In this document: one piece after another, positions 1-11,053 of the stretch
Layout of the letters: every line of letters starts with the position of its first letter
How positions within the stretch are numbered: position 1 is the first letter of the stretch
IMG/VR virus record: IMGVR_UViG_3300031088_000799
DNA length: 64,000 bases
Reading direction: 5' to 3' (one strand)
Source of the DNA: a virus
Lineage: Duplodnaviria > Heunggongvirae > Uroviricota > Caudoviricetes
Made by a program: the position numbers and the translations under genes
The notes under the pieces: model-generated
Seen by the model: only the letters and a program-made list of their open reading frames with translations
The model's database searches: none
What the model was told of the DNA's origin: nothing

Positions 1-94
1 AATCTATATTGGAGAAGGTGAAAAGAAAAAACCAATTGTACTAAAATCTGATGAATGTCGAGGTTTTGTATCTTTATATGGTTGTGTTGAAAAA

Positions 95-823
95 ATGAAA
101 ACTATTTATCTAAATATTCTTATGCAATCAATTGAGTCAGGAGTTCCGTTTACCTTTGTGAATACCCTATTTGATCCAGATGAATTAGAAGATTTAATTA
201 GCTTTAAAGTTTCAACGATCTATTATTCTTATCCTATTTATAATGTAGAAAAAGAAGATATAGGACAATCTGATGTTACTATTCTTTCAAGAGAAGCATC
301 ATTTCTTCTTCATTTTCATGATCATACTAAGCAAGAAGCAATAAATTTAAAAAATGAATATGGAAAATCACTCTTCAAAAATTACGTGCAAAATACCCCT
401 GCACAAAATAATTCATTTAAAAATAAGCACAGCATTCTAATCATAGCCAGTGATTTAGCAGATCTGACAATATCTCCTACTTTTGCCTCACAAAGCCGTG
501 GATTTGGTCTTTATATTTTTAGCTCTAATAATGAACTTGATTATACAAAGTTAGCTAACTCAATGACAGCTATCTTGTTAAATGATAACAATGATTTAAT
601 GAAGTATAAAGAAATTATCAATATCTTTGCCATAATAAATAGTAAAGTAATTAACCATTTAATCACGATAAAAGAAAATATTGAAATAAAAGAAAATATG
701 GATATTATTAATAAATCTAACATAGATTATAAAGATGATTATGTTTTTAGATCACTTAATAAAAATGATGCAGCTAATCAAGAAAAATTCTTTAAATTAA
801 AAATGATAAAAAAATTCTACTAG
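95..823 (+). CDS. hypothetical protein
   Basis: 242-aa ORF, no recognised motif; ends ..KLKMIKKFY (possible variant of the shared C-terminal tag). Confidence 0.6.
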   Translation: MKTIYLNILMQSIESGVPFTFVNTLFDPDELEDLISFKVSTIYYSYPIYNVEKEDIGQSDVTILSREASFLLHFHDHTKQEAINLKNEYGKSLFKNYVQNTPAQNNSFKNKHSILIIASDLADLTISPTFASQSRGFGLYIFSSNNELDYTKLANSMTAILLNDNNDLMKYKEIINIFAIINSKVINHLITIKENIEIKENMDIINKSNIDYKDDYVFRSLNKNDAANQEKFFKLKMIKKFY

Positions 824-1578
824 TACAGTAGAATTTTAATTAATTCGGCTGTTCCTTCGTCCATAACAGTTTTACGTGTGGCCAAAGAATCGACATCAAA
901 GTGTATATCTGGCAATAACCTTTTTATTGTGTGAATTGATACATTCTTTCCACAAACGGAATAGTTCATGATGGAAACTCCTTTTCTATTATTAAAAGCA
1001 ACTTCGGACAAATAAAATTCTTGTGAATTTTCCCCTACTGGGTAGTATTCCTTACACACTTCTGTATAAATATTATAATGATCAGAAAAAGATGTCTTTT
1101 CAATAAATCCATCGGTATGTTTAAAGAATATCATGGGGTTTGCATTATAGATTTCACTGTACACATATAAAAAAGGTTTTTTACCATTACTCATATTACT
1201 TTTATTATCTTGAATTGCTTTCATGCTGACATAGTAGAACGACTCACCTTCCGATTTTAATTCAAAATCTGCGAAAAATAATTCAATAGTTTTATTTTTA
1301 TAGTTTTTCAAATAACTAAATTCTGCTTTTTCATTTTTAATATTATGTTTCTGCAAGAAAGATTGAGTGGCAGATAAAGGCTGCAAGGAATCATTACGAA
1401 CAAATCCAATTTCACTAAGTAAGCAAAGTTGATTGGCAGCAATCATAAAACTATTTTTTGATCGAACAATCAATCTTTCAAGAATTTTAAGCTCATTTTC
1501 TTTATCATAGCCATTTTTCAAAATGAGATCTTTATCTGATAAAAAATATTTTGTCTTGCCAACAGTTTCGTAATCCAT
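820..1578 (-). CDS. hypothetical protein, C-terminal tag family (..LIKILLY)
   Basis: ORF 820..1614; AGGAGG SD precedes ATG at 1578 (MDYETVG). Confidence 0.75.
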   Translation of the reverse strand: MDYETVGKTKYFLSDKDLILKNGYDKENELKILERLIVRSKNSFMIAANQLCLLSEIGFVRNDSLQPLSATQSFLQKHNIKNEKAEFSYLKNYKNKTIELFFADFELKSEGESFYYVSMKAIQDNKSNMSNGKKPFLYVYSEIYNANPMIFFKHTDGFIEKTSFSDHYNIYTEVCKEYYPVGENSQEFYLSEVAFNNRKGVSIMNYSVCGKNVSIHTIKRLLPDIHFDVDSLATRKTVMDEGTAELIKILLY

Positions 1579-1714
1579 AGTACCTCCTAGGCCATTACTA
1601 TAACACAATAACACAAAAATAAAAATGAAAAAATAAACAAAATCATAAAGCTTTCTTTTTATATTTTAATATTATGGTATAATATAATAAATTAAATCAA
1701 TAATTAGGTAAGAT

Positions 1715-2734
1715 ATGGGGTTATTTAAAGCAAAAACTGCTGATGAATTAGAAGAAAATTTAATGAAGGTGGTCAATGGATTTTCCAATCAATTAGGATT
1801 ACGAGAAGAAGTTTCAAACAAAATGGAAAACGCAAATGCTCAAATAAAATTAGGACTTGTTGGTGGATTAGGAATTGGAGCATTAGGTGTTGTAGGAGGT
1901 ATTGCGGGAATTACAGTTGCTCCAGCGATAGCAACAACGGCAATAGCTGTTGGTGGCGTTGCCACAGTCGTTGGTTTAGGCTATGCAGCAATTGGAAAGC
2001 TTTACTCAAAATATCAAGAAGGTCGATTAGGTTCATTAAACAGTCAAATCTCTGAAGAACATAGATTAAAAATGGTAGATAATCATTTCGCTAATGATTT
2101 TAGTAATAAATTTCATAAGCAAACTGACTATAAACATTATAGTAAGGATGTTGATTTATACAGTATCATGAGAGCTGTAAAAAATGGTGATATGGATCAA
2201 GCTAAAAATTTAGTAAAAGAAATGGTTGCAACAACAGAATTACCAGTAAACAATAAAAAATCTTTATTTAAAGCTCCTATTGCAGATAATATGAATCAAA
2301 AACTTGGAAAGTTTTTTGACGAATACAATAATAAATTAATGGGTATTGATAATCAGAATCAAATAATGAAAAGAGATTCAAAAATGGGATTCGGAATGCT
2401 CGCTGCTATGGGAGCAGCAATGGGTTCTGCTGCAGCTATCGTAACATTAAGTTCACCAGCAGTAATTGGTGGAGCTATTGGTTTAAGTGTTGCAGCCATG
2501 GCATACAGTGGTATTCAAAAAATTATGAAAACAGGTTTAGAACAAAGAAATAGTATTGGATTTGGAATAGAAGCAAGTTCACATATCCATAATGCAGCTC
2601 GTGATTTAAATATCAGTTACGATGACCTTAAATCTATACAGACAATTACTAAAAATAAAAATGCCAGTATCAATGAGATGAAAGAACAATTTATTAATGA
2701 GACATCAAATCGCTTAAAAAATAAAATAAATTAA
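1715..2734 (+). CDS. membrane protein with two Gly/Ala-rich hydrophobic hairpins and basic C-tail
   Basis: Two glycine-zipper-like segments (GLVGGLGIGALGVVGGIAG..; GFGMLAAMGAAMGSAAA..); ends RLKNKIN; TGGTATAAT extended -10 upstream. Confidence 0.75.
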   Translation: MGLFKAKTADELEENLMKVVNGFSNQLGLREEVSNKMENANAQIKLGLVGGLGIGALGVVGGIAGITVAPAIATTAIAVGGVATVVGLGYAAIGKLYSKYQEGRLGSLNSQISEEHRLKMVDNHFANDFSNKFHKQTDYKHYSKDVDLYSIMRAVKNGDMDQAKNLVKEMVATTELPVNNKKSLFKAPIADNMNQKLGKFFDEYNNKLMGIDNQNQIMKRDSKMGFGMLAAMGAAMGSAAAIVTLSSPAVIGGAIGLSVAAMAYSGIQKIMKTGLEQRNSIGFGIEASSHIHNAARDLNISYDDLKSIQTITKNKNASINEMKEQFINETSNRLKNKIN

Positions 2735-2755
2735 AAACACCATGAGGTGTTTTTT
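2733..2755 (+). terminator. intrinsic terminator
   Basis: AAAACACC-ATGA-GGTGTTTT hairpin plus T-run right after the stop codon. Confidence 0.75.
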
Positions 2756-2805
2756 AATTGTCTTTTAAAAATGGAATTAAAACATAAAACCATCTCATGA
2801 TGGTT

Positions 2806-3165
2806 TTATTCTTCTGTTCGCTCAGCATCTACTTTTTCAAGTTTGTACAACAATGCTTCTTCACCACCACGTATACAAATTTCATAGACATCACCTTCCT
2901 CATCAGACAGTGCTAAACGTCCACGATACAAATCTGATGGAAATTCCTTACCATCATGACTGTAAAACTCTACATGGCTATTAAGGACATAGCTGGTTGC
3001 ACCATCAGGCATAATATGAACACCATTAAACTGATATTGATCACTACTATAAAAACATCTGTCAGGGGATTTTTCGTCAATCTTAACAGGATCTACAACT
3101 GTCTCTGCGAAAGACATGGAAGTTAAACCTGTCAGTAAAACTCCTAATATAATTTTTGAAAACAT
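2806..3165 (-). CDS. small secreted protein
   Basis: Sec signal peptide MFSKIILGVLLTGLTSMSFA; AGGAG SD. Confidence 0.75.
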   Translation of the reverse strand: MFSKIILGVLLTGLTSMSFAETVVDPVKIDEKSPDRCFYSSDQYQFNGVHIMPDGATSYVLNSHVEFYSHDGKEFPSDLYRGRLALSDEEGDVYEICIRGGEEALLYKLEKVDAERTEE

Positions 3166-3235
3166 ATAAAACTCCTATTAATTAATGCCATTTTCATTTT
3201 ATATACAAAAAAAACATTTTCAAGGTGTTAAATTT

Positions 3236-3835
3236 TTATTTAATCGATTTACTAAAAAAGGATACCAAGAAATCAAAATACTCTGGCCAACATGTTATAA
3301 AAATCGTCAAAAATACGCCAACTAACAAGAAAAAGAATAATGTGACAAGCGTAACAAAGTAAGACCGTTTGTCAGCATCCATTCCTAAAAAACTGTCTAC
3401 ACTCGCATCCAGTTGATAAAAAGACAACAAAATAGCTGCCATAAATGAAAGCCCCAAAATAAAAATATTAGGAGTAAGTGACGACACACCTAATAAAGAA
3501 AAAGGAATTGAAAGATAAATACAATAGTTAAGACAATAAGTAAATCCATGGTCTTTTATTATTTTATCTGTAATGTAAGCTACAAAAGTTGACATAATGA
3601 GAATAAACACTAAAAGAGAAAAATAAATGATTACAGATAATGTCAATGATGCTTCATATGTTAAAAAAGCTCTGCTTCGTTGAAAATTGTGCCAACCTAT
3701 AATATAAGAACCTAAAAACATGGAGACGGAGGGAATGAGGGGTAGTATAAAAAATATGATAAGGTTGTGAGCATTTAGTTTTTTAAACTTCGAAAAAATT
3801 AAACTAACCTTCTTAGCATTAGTTATTTGTGTCAT
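3236..3835 (-). CDS. Yip1/YohC (DUF1282)-like multi-pass membrane protein
   Basis: About 5 TM segments; LPLIPSVSMFLGSYIIGW resembles the YohC N-terminal pattern. Confidence 0.55.
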   Translation of the reverse strand: MTQITNAKKVSLIFSKFKKLNAHNLIIFFILPLIPSVSMFLGSYIIGWHNFQRSRAFLTYEASLTLSVIIYFSLLVFILIMSTFVAYITDKIIKDHGFTYCLNYCIYLSIPFSLLGVSSLTPNIFILGLSFMAAILLSFYQLDASVDSFLGMDADKRSYFVTLVTLFFFLLVGVFLTIFITCWPEYFDFLVSFFSKSIK

Positions 3836-3915
3836 TTTATCACCTCAATGTAATAAACATTCAGTGATTTTATAGCATAATGCTAGTTTTTGTCAAAGAC
3901 CGTTAATCTGGAACC

Positions 3916-4596
3916 TCAGTACTGCATCATCGAAACCAAAGCCAATTTATTATCAAGATCATCAATAGCATTGATATTTAAATCATGAGTAAACGGTGGA
4001 AAGGTGTCATTATAATGCTCTTCATAGTTTTTATAAAAAAGATACATGATAGCCATTTTATCTATTTTTTCACTACAAAATTTCAAACGCTCCTGATCCT
4101 TAACACCATCATAACCATAAACATCATATGGTTTATTATCTTTATCCATAAAACAATAAATAATATGTTTAACATCATTACGCCAGTCTTTATGTTTTGC
4201 CATCAAGCAATAAACAATTTTGTAATCCAACCTCAACTGAATATTAACCCAGTTTAATTTTTCTACAAAGATACTTGAAATATATTCTTTGGTAACGCCT
4301 TCATGAATACATACATGACCTTGAATAAAATCATAGAGCAGCCGCATATTCAATACTTTAATTTTTTTTACTTTTTTATAATTAGTTGCAGCATCATGCC
4401 GCTCAAAACCAACTTCTATGTCAATAGCATGTTCACCATCGATAAGAACATGAAGAGAGTCCATTGTTTTAGAGACGGCATTAATTTTAACTTTGATATT
4501 CATCGCCTCAACATTTGAAAAAGCCAGTTGATTTAAAAAGTTAACAACAATTTTTTTAATGAAACCAAAGTTATTTTTATTCATATCAATCACCAA
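3916..4596 (-). CDS. hypothetical protein, C-terminal tag family (..LVSMMQY)
   Basis: 226-aa ORF with shared C-terminal motif. Confidence 0.75.
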   Translation of the reverse strand: MVIDMNKNNFGFIKKIVVNFLNQLAFSNVEAMNIKVKINAVSKTMDSLHVLIDGEHAIDIEVGFERHDAATNYKKVKKIKVLNMRLLYDFIQGHVCIHEGVTKEYISSIFVEKLNWVNIQLRLDYKIVYCLMAKHKDWRNDVKHIIYCFMDKDNKPYDVYGYDGVKDQERLKFCSEKIDKMAIMYLFYKNYEEHYNDTFPPFTHDLNINAIDDLDNKLALVSMMQY

Positions 4597-4685
4597 TTTA
4601 TTTGCTTAATTATAACATTTTAATGCTATTTTATCAACAAAAAAAATAGACCACATTGTGATCTATTTAATTGGCTTATTGATAA

Positions 4686-6758
4686 TTAAGCAGCTTTTTG
4701 TTTAGGTTGTTTAAGCATAATCCCTTTTGCATTGGCTACAATTTTAATCAAACGCTCTTTTGTTGCCTTATCTCGTAACTCTGTATCATTTTTATTATGT
4801 GCCGCATAAACTTTCATAGCCTGTGTCAATGTTACACCAATAATGGATTTATTATCTTTTGCTGTTAAACTAAAATCATAAGCAAAAATTTGAATATTGC
4901 CACCACACATATAGTTATCAAAGTGATAATTATCACGACTGATACACCATGATGGACTACCCATAATCTTAGCTTGTCTAAAATTATGAATTTCCAATAC
5001 TAAGTAATTGTCAGCTTCAAACAATACTTTAACATCATTAGCGGCTGCTTTCATTTTAATGTTAGCAATATCAAATCCATCAATACTATTAAGTAGTGAT
5101 TTTAAAGCAGCATTTAAAGAACGAGTGTTCTTGATACTTGCCATCTTTTTACCAATCATATCCTGAAGAATATGAGTGCTAATGCCCAAGTCATATAATT
5201 CTTCCATCAGTGTATAAGTTTTTTCACTGTAAAGACTTTTATATTTATTACTAACAATGCTATTAGCATACTGTTCAATTTTATGTTTACGTACAATTTT
5301 ATGAATTTTGTCGTCAAAGTCTTCAAAAGTTCGAGATGTTTTCAATTCATTAATGAAATCAAAATTGTGAGCTTTCAAAATATTAACATGCTCAAAATAA
5401 CTTTTGATACCAAGTTTCAAACCACGTAGCAAAGTAAATAATTGAGAAATATTATTCACATGTTTATTTTTAAGATTACTGACCAAGAGTTTAACTGATT
5501 TGCTCATTGATGGATTTTTTCTCAATACATGAGCGATATCATCAATAATACCTTGAATAATCAATTCTTTTGCATCAAATGTATTAGCATTATATTGAAA
5601 AATATCATAACCTTTCTTTTTAACAGCTATTGAATTATCATCAAAAATAATAGCGGCTGTAATATTAGAATCTTTAACATTGTTAAGTGTTGCCACAATT
5701 GATAATTCTTTAAATTCATTTGAAAAATCAGTCAACTTCAAAATATCATTTTGTTTTTCAACGTAATTATTCAAAAAATCAATAGCTTTGATAGAAGAAA
5801 ATTGCAAGTGAACGTTAGTTTTTTCCATCAAAATTTCACAAATTTTCAATACTTTTTTATAATCAGCAACTAATGTATCTTGATTAAAGATTTCATGATT
5901 TTCACGAGCAATCAAAATATCCTTGTTATCCTCAATAAAATCGCTTAAAAGTCTTTCTTGGCGAGCAAAAATTTGACGTTTTTCATGAGTTACAGTTGGA
6001 ATCATAATTTGTTCTTGATTTCTAGATTGATGACCAAAATAACTACGTTCAAAATGCTGAACTTCTCTATCTTGGGACATTGACATCATCATATCCGAAA
6101 AATAGTTAGAATCGATAACAAAATCTACAAATGATAGATACCGTTCTTTAAAATATCGATTAGCCTCTTCAGTAGACTGAATAATTTTTTTCAATTCTTG
6201 AATTTCTTTTGGACTTGTAATATGAAGTTGTGGCTCAACTTCAACCCATTGATTCAAAAGCAAACTATAATCAATTGAAAGGCTATAACTATAATAATCA
6301 ATCATATAAGAAATAACAGTAAACAATTGTCGCCACATTACACTAGATTTACTAATAAATTTATAGTAAGTTTCCTTGTCACGATCTTGACCAACCAGAT
6401 CATTTCGACCAGATGCTAAAAATGAATTAGGATTATCATAGTGCCTATTAAGACCAATACTTTTAATCATATCTTTATTAGAATTAAGATCATGAAAAGG
6501 ACCATCCAGAATAAACGAATAATCGAGTCCGCTAAGTGATAGCAGTTTATCCTTCATATCCTGAGTTACAAATTTTTTACGTTGTTGTCTAATATGTTTA
6601 CGATCAAAACCATAAGATCTACTTACCAATGGATTATTATTTAAATCTTCTAATGCATCAAAAACAAAATTATCTTCATGCCCACTAAACATGGTTTTTC
6701 CTTTGCGGTAAGCGTTAAAAAAATTCACAATTAGGGCTTCATTCGTCTGCATCAACAT
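4686..6758 (-). CDS. large hypothetical protein with C-terminal PcfJ-like 'GSxxWCI' domain
   Basis: 690-aa ORF; AKIMGSPSWCISR...F..Y motif of a type common in large phage/plasmid proteins. Confidence 0.6.
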   Translation of the reverse strand: MLMQTNEALIVNFFNAYRKGKTMFSGHEDNFVFDALEDLNNNPLVSRSYGFDRKHIRQQRKKFVTQDMKDKLLSLSGLDYSFILDGPFHDLNSNKDMIKSIGLNRHYDNPNSFLASGRNDLVGQDRDKETYYKFISKSSVMWRQLFTVISYMIDYYSYSLSIDYSLLLNQWVEVEPQLHITSPKEIQELKKIIQSTEEANRYFKERYLSFVDFVIDSNYFSDMMMSMSQDREVQHFERSYFGHQSRNQEQIMIPTVTHEKRQIFARQERLLSDFIEDNKDILIARENHEIFNQDTLVADYKKVLKICEILMEKTNVHLQFSSIKAIDFLNNYVEKQNDILKLTDFSNEFKELSIVATLNNVKDSNITAAIIFDDNSIAVKKKGYDIFQYNANTFDAKELIIQGIIDDIAHVLRKNPSMSKSVKLLVSNLKNKHVNNISQLFTLLRGLKLGIKSYFEHVNILKAHNFDFINELKTSRTFEDFDDKIHKIVRKHKIEQYANSIVSNKYKSLYSEKTYTLMEELYDLGISTHILQDMIGKKMASIKNTRSLNAALKSLLNSIDGFDIANIKMKAAANDVKVLFEADNYLVLEIHNFRQAKIMGSPSWCISRDNYHFDNYMCGGNIQIFAYDFSLTAKDNKSIIGVTLTQAMKVYAAHNKNDTELRDKATKERLIKIVANAKGIMLKQPKQKAA

Positions 6759-6824
6759 ATCCTCATAATTTTATAAATTTTACCATATCAACGGCAAAAA
6801 TTCAATAAAGAATAGTTCAAATAT

Positions 6825-7628
6825 TTACGTTTTCATCATGTTTGCAACAAGGATAAAATCGCCTCGTTCGTTAACATCTAATTGTTTAAATTCCTTCAAA
6901 CTCATATCCATCATGCCAATGTGTTTAGCAATATTATTGTAAACATAAGTAATAATAGAAGTATGGTGTTTCTGTAAGAAATTTTCCAGAGAACTATCAT
7001 CCACATATATCAATTCCCCACTATGAATATATCCCATAAATTTATAGCGACTCGATAAAGAAACAAATACCGTTCTTGATGTAATTCTAGACATAGGTAA
7101 TGCAAATTTAATAATTGGAATATATTCGTAGGTATTGCCACCAAGATTAATTTTAGCAATAGCAATTTTATGCTTCATAATCATTTTAGATTTCTTACTA
7201 CCTGCGGGATTATGAATCAATTTAACATTTCGAGAAAAATCTTCACAAAATTTTCTCTGTCTACTGGTAGGTTTAAACTGTTCCCATGAATTATTTTTAA
7301 ATGGATTCATCAACAAGCCATCAAAGAATTTAGTGACTTGATAAAGGTAATTAACTTCATTTAAAACTTTTTCATAATAAGAAAAGTCCAAAGAATAAGT
7401 GTCTTCAAAATACTCAATAATAGGAGAAACACTCTTAACATTATGATAGTTAAAAGCTAAATGAGCGGCATAATTTTCATTATTTACCATCACAATATTG
7501 GATTCAGCATCTGTAAATGAAGCGTATCTATTTAAATAATCTCGACTTTTAGTCAATTGTGTAGGGAGATTAAATGCGACCTCCAATAAGTCAGCCGAAA
7601 TGATTTGTGACAATTGAAATTTACTCAT
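6825..7628 (-). CDS. hypothetical protein, C-terminal tag family (..VANMMKT)
   Basis: ORF 6825..7670; GAGG SD before ATG 7628. Confidence 0.75.
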   Translation of the reverse strand: MSKFQLSQIISADLLEVAFNLPTQLTKSRDYLNRYASFTDAESNIVMVNNENYAAHLAFNYHNVKSVSPIIEYFEDTYSLDFSYYEKVLNEVNYLYQVTKFFDGLLMNPFKNNSWEQFKPTSRQRKFCEDFSRNVKLIHNPAGSKKSKMIMKHKIAIAKINLGGNTYEYIPIIKFALPMSRITSRTVFVSLSSRYKFMGYIHSGELIYVDDSSLENFLQKHHTSIITYVYNNIAKHIGMMDMSLKEFKQLDVNERGDFILVANMMKT

Positions 7629-7968
7629 AAGTTTTCCTCTCAATTTGACTGTTGATTTGTTTTTCTGCATTCAAAATACTATCTCTTTTTACTAACTCAA
7701 TATAAGCAAAAATAAAAGCTTGAAGAATACGTCTTCGATAACGACAGTTACCCAACTTATAACATTCATCAGATGGTATTTTAAAGGTATTCGCTTCTGA
7801 GTTATATATTATAATTCTAGGTTCCTCTGTTCGTTGAATAAATAAGAAATTGTTCTTAATTTCATACTTAAAGGGTAAGTCAGGCAATGGACTAAATGTG
7901 GTATCAACACGTAAATCATTAATTAACGCATTAACAGCCTGTTTCTGTTTAAAATATTTGCCAAGCAT
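7621..7968 (-). CDS. hypothetical protein
   Basis: 115-aa ORF, GGAGG SD, overlaps start of next gene. Confidence 0.7.
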   Translation of the reverse strand: MLGKYFKQKQAVNALINDLRVDTTFSPLPDLPFKYEIKNNFLFIQRTEEPRIIIYNSEANTFKIPSDECYKLGNCRYRRRILQAFIFAYIELVKRDSILNAEKQINSQIERKTYE

Positions 7969-8112
7969 ACTTTACCTCCATAAGAAAGACAATTATATCA
8001 AAATTGCATCAAAATATCAACGAATATTTGAGTTTTGAGAGGGAACTTCGCCAATCTAACCAATAACCACTCATCAGGAGGTCGTTGAAGTATAGTTTTT
8101 TTATGATATATT

Positions 8113-8559
8113 ATGAGACAAATTCATGATAACCAAAAAAGGGATATTGTTATGTTTTCTATTGCGACTTTACTAAGTGGATTCTGTTGGTTACTGGTAG
8201 CTATTACATTGTTAGCCGATTTTGCGTTCTTAAAAAATAGCCCATCATTGTCCATAATGTTTAATATAATGAGCATTATTTTCTTTGTAATAGGTTGTGC
8301 CTTTTTTATATATAGTCAACATTTATGTAGTAAGATTAGAAAGTTTAAAAAAGAGACAAAATATAAACTGGAACAATTAAATCCAGAAAGTCGATTAGAG
8401 CATCTTTCACACATAAAGAAATACGATTTTATGAATGAAAATGGTAAACTTAACAATTGGAAAGGTGTTTTATACTGCCTGCAGTTAAAAATCCCTGAGT
8501 ATGTTCTCACGAAGACAATAATCGATGAACTTAATTTCGAGGATAACCGGGAGAATTAA
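8113..8559 (+). CDS. hypothetical membrane protein (2 TM)
   Basis: 148-aa ORF with two N-terminal hydrophobic segments. Confidence 0.6.
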   Translation: MRQIHDNQKRDIVMFSIATLLSGFCWLLVAITLLADFAFLKNSPSLSIMFNIMSIIFFVIGCAFFIYSQHLCSKIRKFKKETKYKLEQLNPESRLEHLSHIKKYDFMNENGKLNNWKGVLYCLQLKIPEYVLTKTIIDELNFEDNREN

Positions 8560-8649
8560 ATATGAAATATGATGATGAACACAAAACAGCAAAACTATGT
8601 TTGGCCAGTGTAGTTGTGATGTTAGATAACGGACTGTAAAAAAAGAGGC

Positions 8650-9231
8650 TCATGCCTCTTCTTGTATGTTTACTGCAATTTCTTTTTTATCAAAATAACT
8701 CAGTTTATGATTAACTTTGTCTAATGCTTTCGTTAATCTTTCTTGTTCCAATAATAAAACATTCTTAGAAAGAATTTGACTATCCGCTAATGAAACAATT
8801 TCATTATTTTCTAACATGACTGAAGATATTTTATAAGAATCAAAATCTTGGCTATGTAATATTTTAATAATTCTAAGGCCATTAAGTTCTGGCAACTCAG
8901 GTGTATTAACCATCATATCGAATAATGGATCTTCACCTTGTAACATAACTGTTTTTAAATTACGTGACCAGTAAACCTTTAAGAAAATAGCATAGATTGG
9001 AAACAAAACAATATTGCTTAACCATAATAATACTATCACTACATAGGTCAGTAAGCTACCAAAAGTAAAATATCCACGTAAATACTGATAATCTGTCTTC
9101 AGTTCAGTTAAAATCTTTCCACTCCAAGTTAATGATGCCAGTGTGCCACACCATTGAAAATAAGTCATATTAGATTTTCGAGAAAAAGGTATTTCTTTAA
9201 ACAATTCCTTAAATAGTGATGTTTGGCTCAT
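8650..9231 (-). CDS. hypothetical membrane protein
   Basis: ORF 8650..9342; probable start MSQTSLF at 9231 to limit overlap. Confidence 0.6.
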   Translation of the reverse strand: MSQTSLFKELFKEIPFSRKSNMTYFQWCGTLASLTWSGKILTELKTDYQYLRGYFTFGSLLTYVVIVLLWLSNIVLFPIYAIFLKVYWSRNLKTVMLQGEDPLFDMMVNTPELPELNGLRIIKILHSQDFDSYKISSVMLENNEIVSLADSQILSKNVLLLEQERLTKALDKVNHKLSYFDKKEIAVNIQEEA

Positions 9232-9652
9232 TTCGTTTTGACTCCATTGTGGCTTCTTTAAATAATATAGCAAATAAAAAGCTAAACAACAAGATAACGT
9301 TAACAATATAATTGAATATAAAGAAAGATTTAACATTATCAATCAAAACTATTTTAATATTCAACAATAAAATATTCTTCATTTTATCAACTAGCAATTC
9401 TTTTTTGTAAAGTGAATCCTTATACGCTTTAAAAGCTTGATCACCAAGTGCATCAATATCCGATCTAAAATAATAAGATTTTGACATTAATAACTTCAAC
9501 TTCTCTTTATTTTCAAGGCTTGATTGAGGAATAATATAACTATTAACAATTCCATCTATGTTACTTTTAATACTGGTATAAAACATGTAGTTAAATCCAT
9601 AACACAAAAACAGCACAAAAAGCATAAAATAATATTTACTACTGATTCTCAT
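9209..9652 (-). CDS. hypothetical membrane protein (2 TM)
   Basis: ORF 9209..9718; GAGGT SD before ATG 9652. Confidence 0.6.
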   Translation of the reverse strand: MRISSKYYFMLFVLFLCYGFNYMFYTSIKSNIDGIVNSYIIPQSSLENKEKLKLLMSKSYYFRSDIDALGDQAFKAYKDSLYKKELLVDKMKNILLLNIKIVLIDNVKSFFIFNYIVNVILLFSFLFAILFKEATMESKRNEPNITI

Positions 9653-9778
9653 AACAACCTCTCTTACAGTTAAAAGGAATTTAACACAAAATATTAAAAA
9701 ATCAATGTTGTTCGTCATTGTTTTTATTTCAAATAAAGGTAAAATGCTTTAATAAATAACTATTGGCGATAACTATAC

Positions 9779-10996
9779 ATGAATAAAAATATAAAAAAAT
9801 TGTTGCAAAACCACCTTCATTTAAAAGACTACTTTTTAGAAAACGGGCTTACTTTATCATCGAATAATTACATAAAAGGAAAAGAAAATCATTTTTCAGT
9901 GGAAGAAGATTACCTAACTATTAGGATTACAGAATACTATACAACAGCTAACATTGAATTATGCTTGGCCTTCATGTTGGCTAATTTTACTAAATCTGAA
10001 ATAAAACAGCTTGTCTCTATGTTCGAATTTCACCATAATTTATTTGGAACACCTTTACTCAAAGATGAAGTCTACCAAATCATGGTAACAGACACACATA
10101 TGTCATTTACCAGTAAACTAATCGAACTTCAAATTACGAAAACATCAATGGAAGTATATCAAGACTGTTCTTTCTTTGAAACTGTTCAAACTATAAAACC
10201 TGTTAACATAAAATCCTTTCATAAAGCCATGATAAAACAACTACCAAAATCGTTATCCATTTATTTTAATCGCCCTGTCAAAGCGATTAACAATAACACT
10301 ATACAAACCTTACTGAATGAATCTGTATTCGATTATAATGAACGCATTAACAGTAAACCTTTTTTCAAAGCATGTCCTGATTATGACTTTTATAAAAATA
10401 TCACTAATCATCAATTATCCTATTTAATAAAAGAGTACAGTTACAATAGCCCTATCTCCAATGAACAATTGATAAAAGACTATGATCTGGTCATACTTAA
10501 ACAAACTTCTGAGCGTGCTGTTAAAGTGCCAGAAGAATTAAAACAGCCAGTTGAGATATTGATTGATGTAAAACAAATGCATTTAATCAGAAAAGTATTA
10601 ACACCTGTGTTTAAAGAAAATGATCTCTCATATTTATTATCTATTATCTCATTAATGCATTTTATTGAAAATATCAAAAACCCTTATTCAAATGATTGCT
10701 TTGTCAATATAGAAAAAGAACCAACATTAAATGATTCCAGAGAATATGTATATGATAATCACTATATTTTCAATATCAGTTTTGCGGATTTTAGTATGAA
10801 CATAGGAAGGGAAACAGAACTAATTTCATTCGGTTTGTATGATTATGATTATAAAACCTGTAAATCTGATAACTTTAAAACTATTTACACTAGTTTAGTC
10901 AAACTGACAAAAAAGATCATTAAAACATCACTAGATATTGAAAATAGCGAAGTAAAATATGATCATATAAAATTGATACAGATGCAAAATTCTTAA
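9779..10996 (+). CDS. hypothetical protein, C-terminal tag family (..LIQMQNS)
   Basis: 405-aa ORF with shared C-terminal motif. Confidence 0.75.
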   Translation: MNKNIKKLLQNHLHLKDYFLENGLTLSSNNYIKGKENHFSVEEDYLTIRITEYYTTANIELCLAFMLANFTKSEIKQLVSMFEFHHNLFGTPLLKDEVYQIMVTDTHMSFTSKLIELQITKTSMEVYQDCSFFETVQTIKPVNIKSFHKAMIKQLPKSLSIYFNRPVKAINNNTIQTLLNESVFDYNERINSKPFFKACPDYDFYKNITNHQLSYLIKEYSYNSPISNEQLIKDYDLVILKQTSERAVKVPEELKQPVEILIDVKQMHLIRKVLTPVFKENDLSYLLSIISLMHFIENIKNPYSNDCFVNIEKEPTLNDSREYVYDNHYIFNISFADFSMNIGRETELISFGLYDYDYKTCKSDNFKTIYTSLVKLTKKIIKTSLDIENSEVKYDHIKLIQMQNS

Positions 10997-11053
10997 CGAT
11001 TCTTTAACAAAAAATGCAGCAATCCTAAGAAAGCTGCATTTAAAGGAAGATAC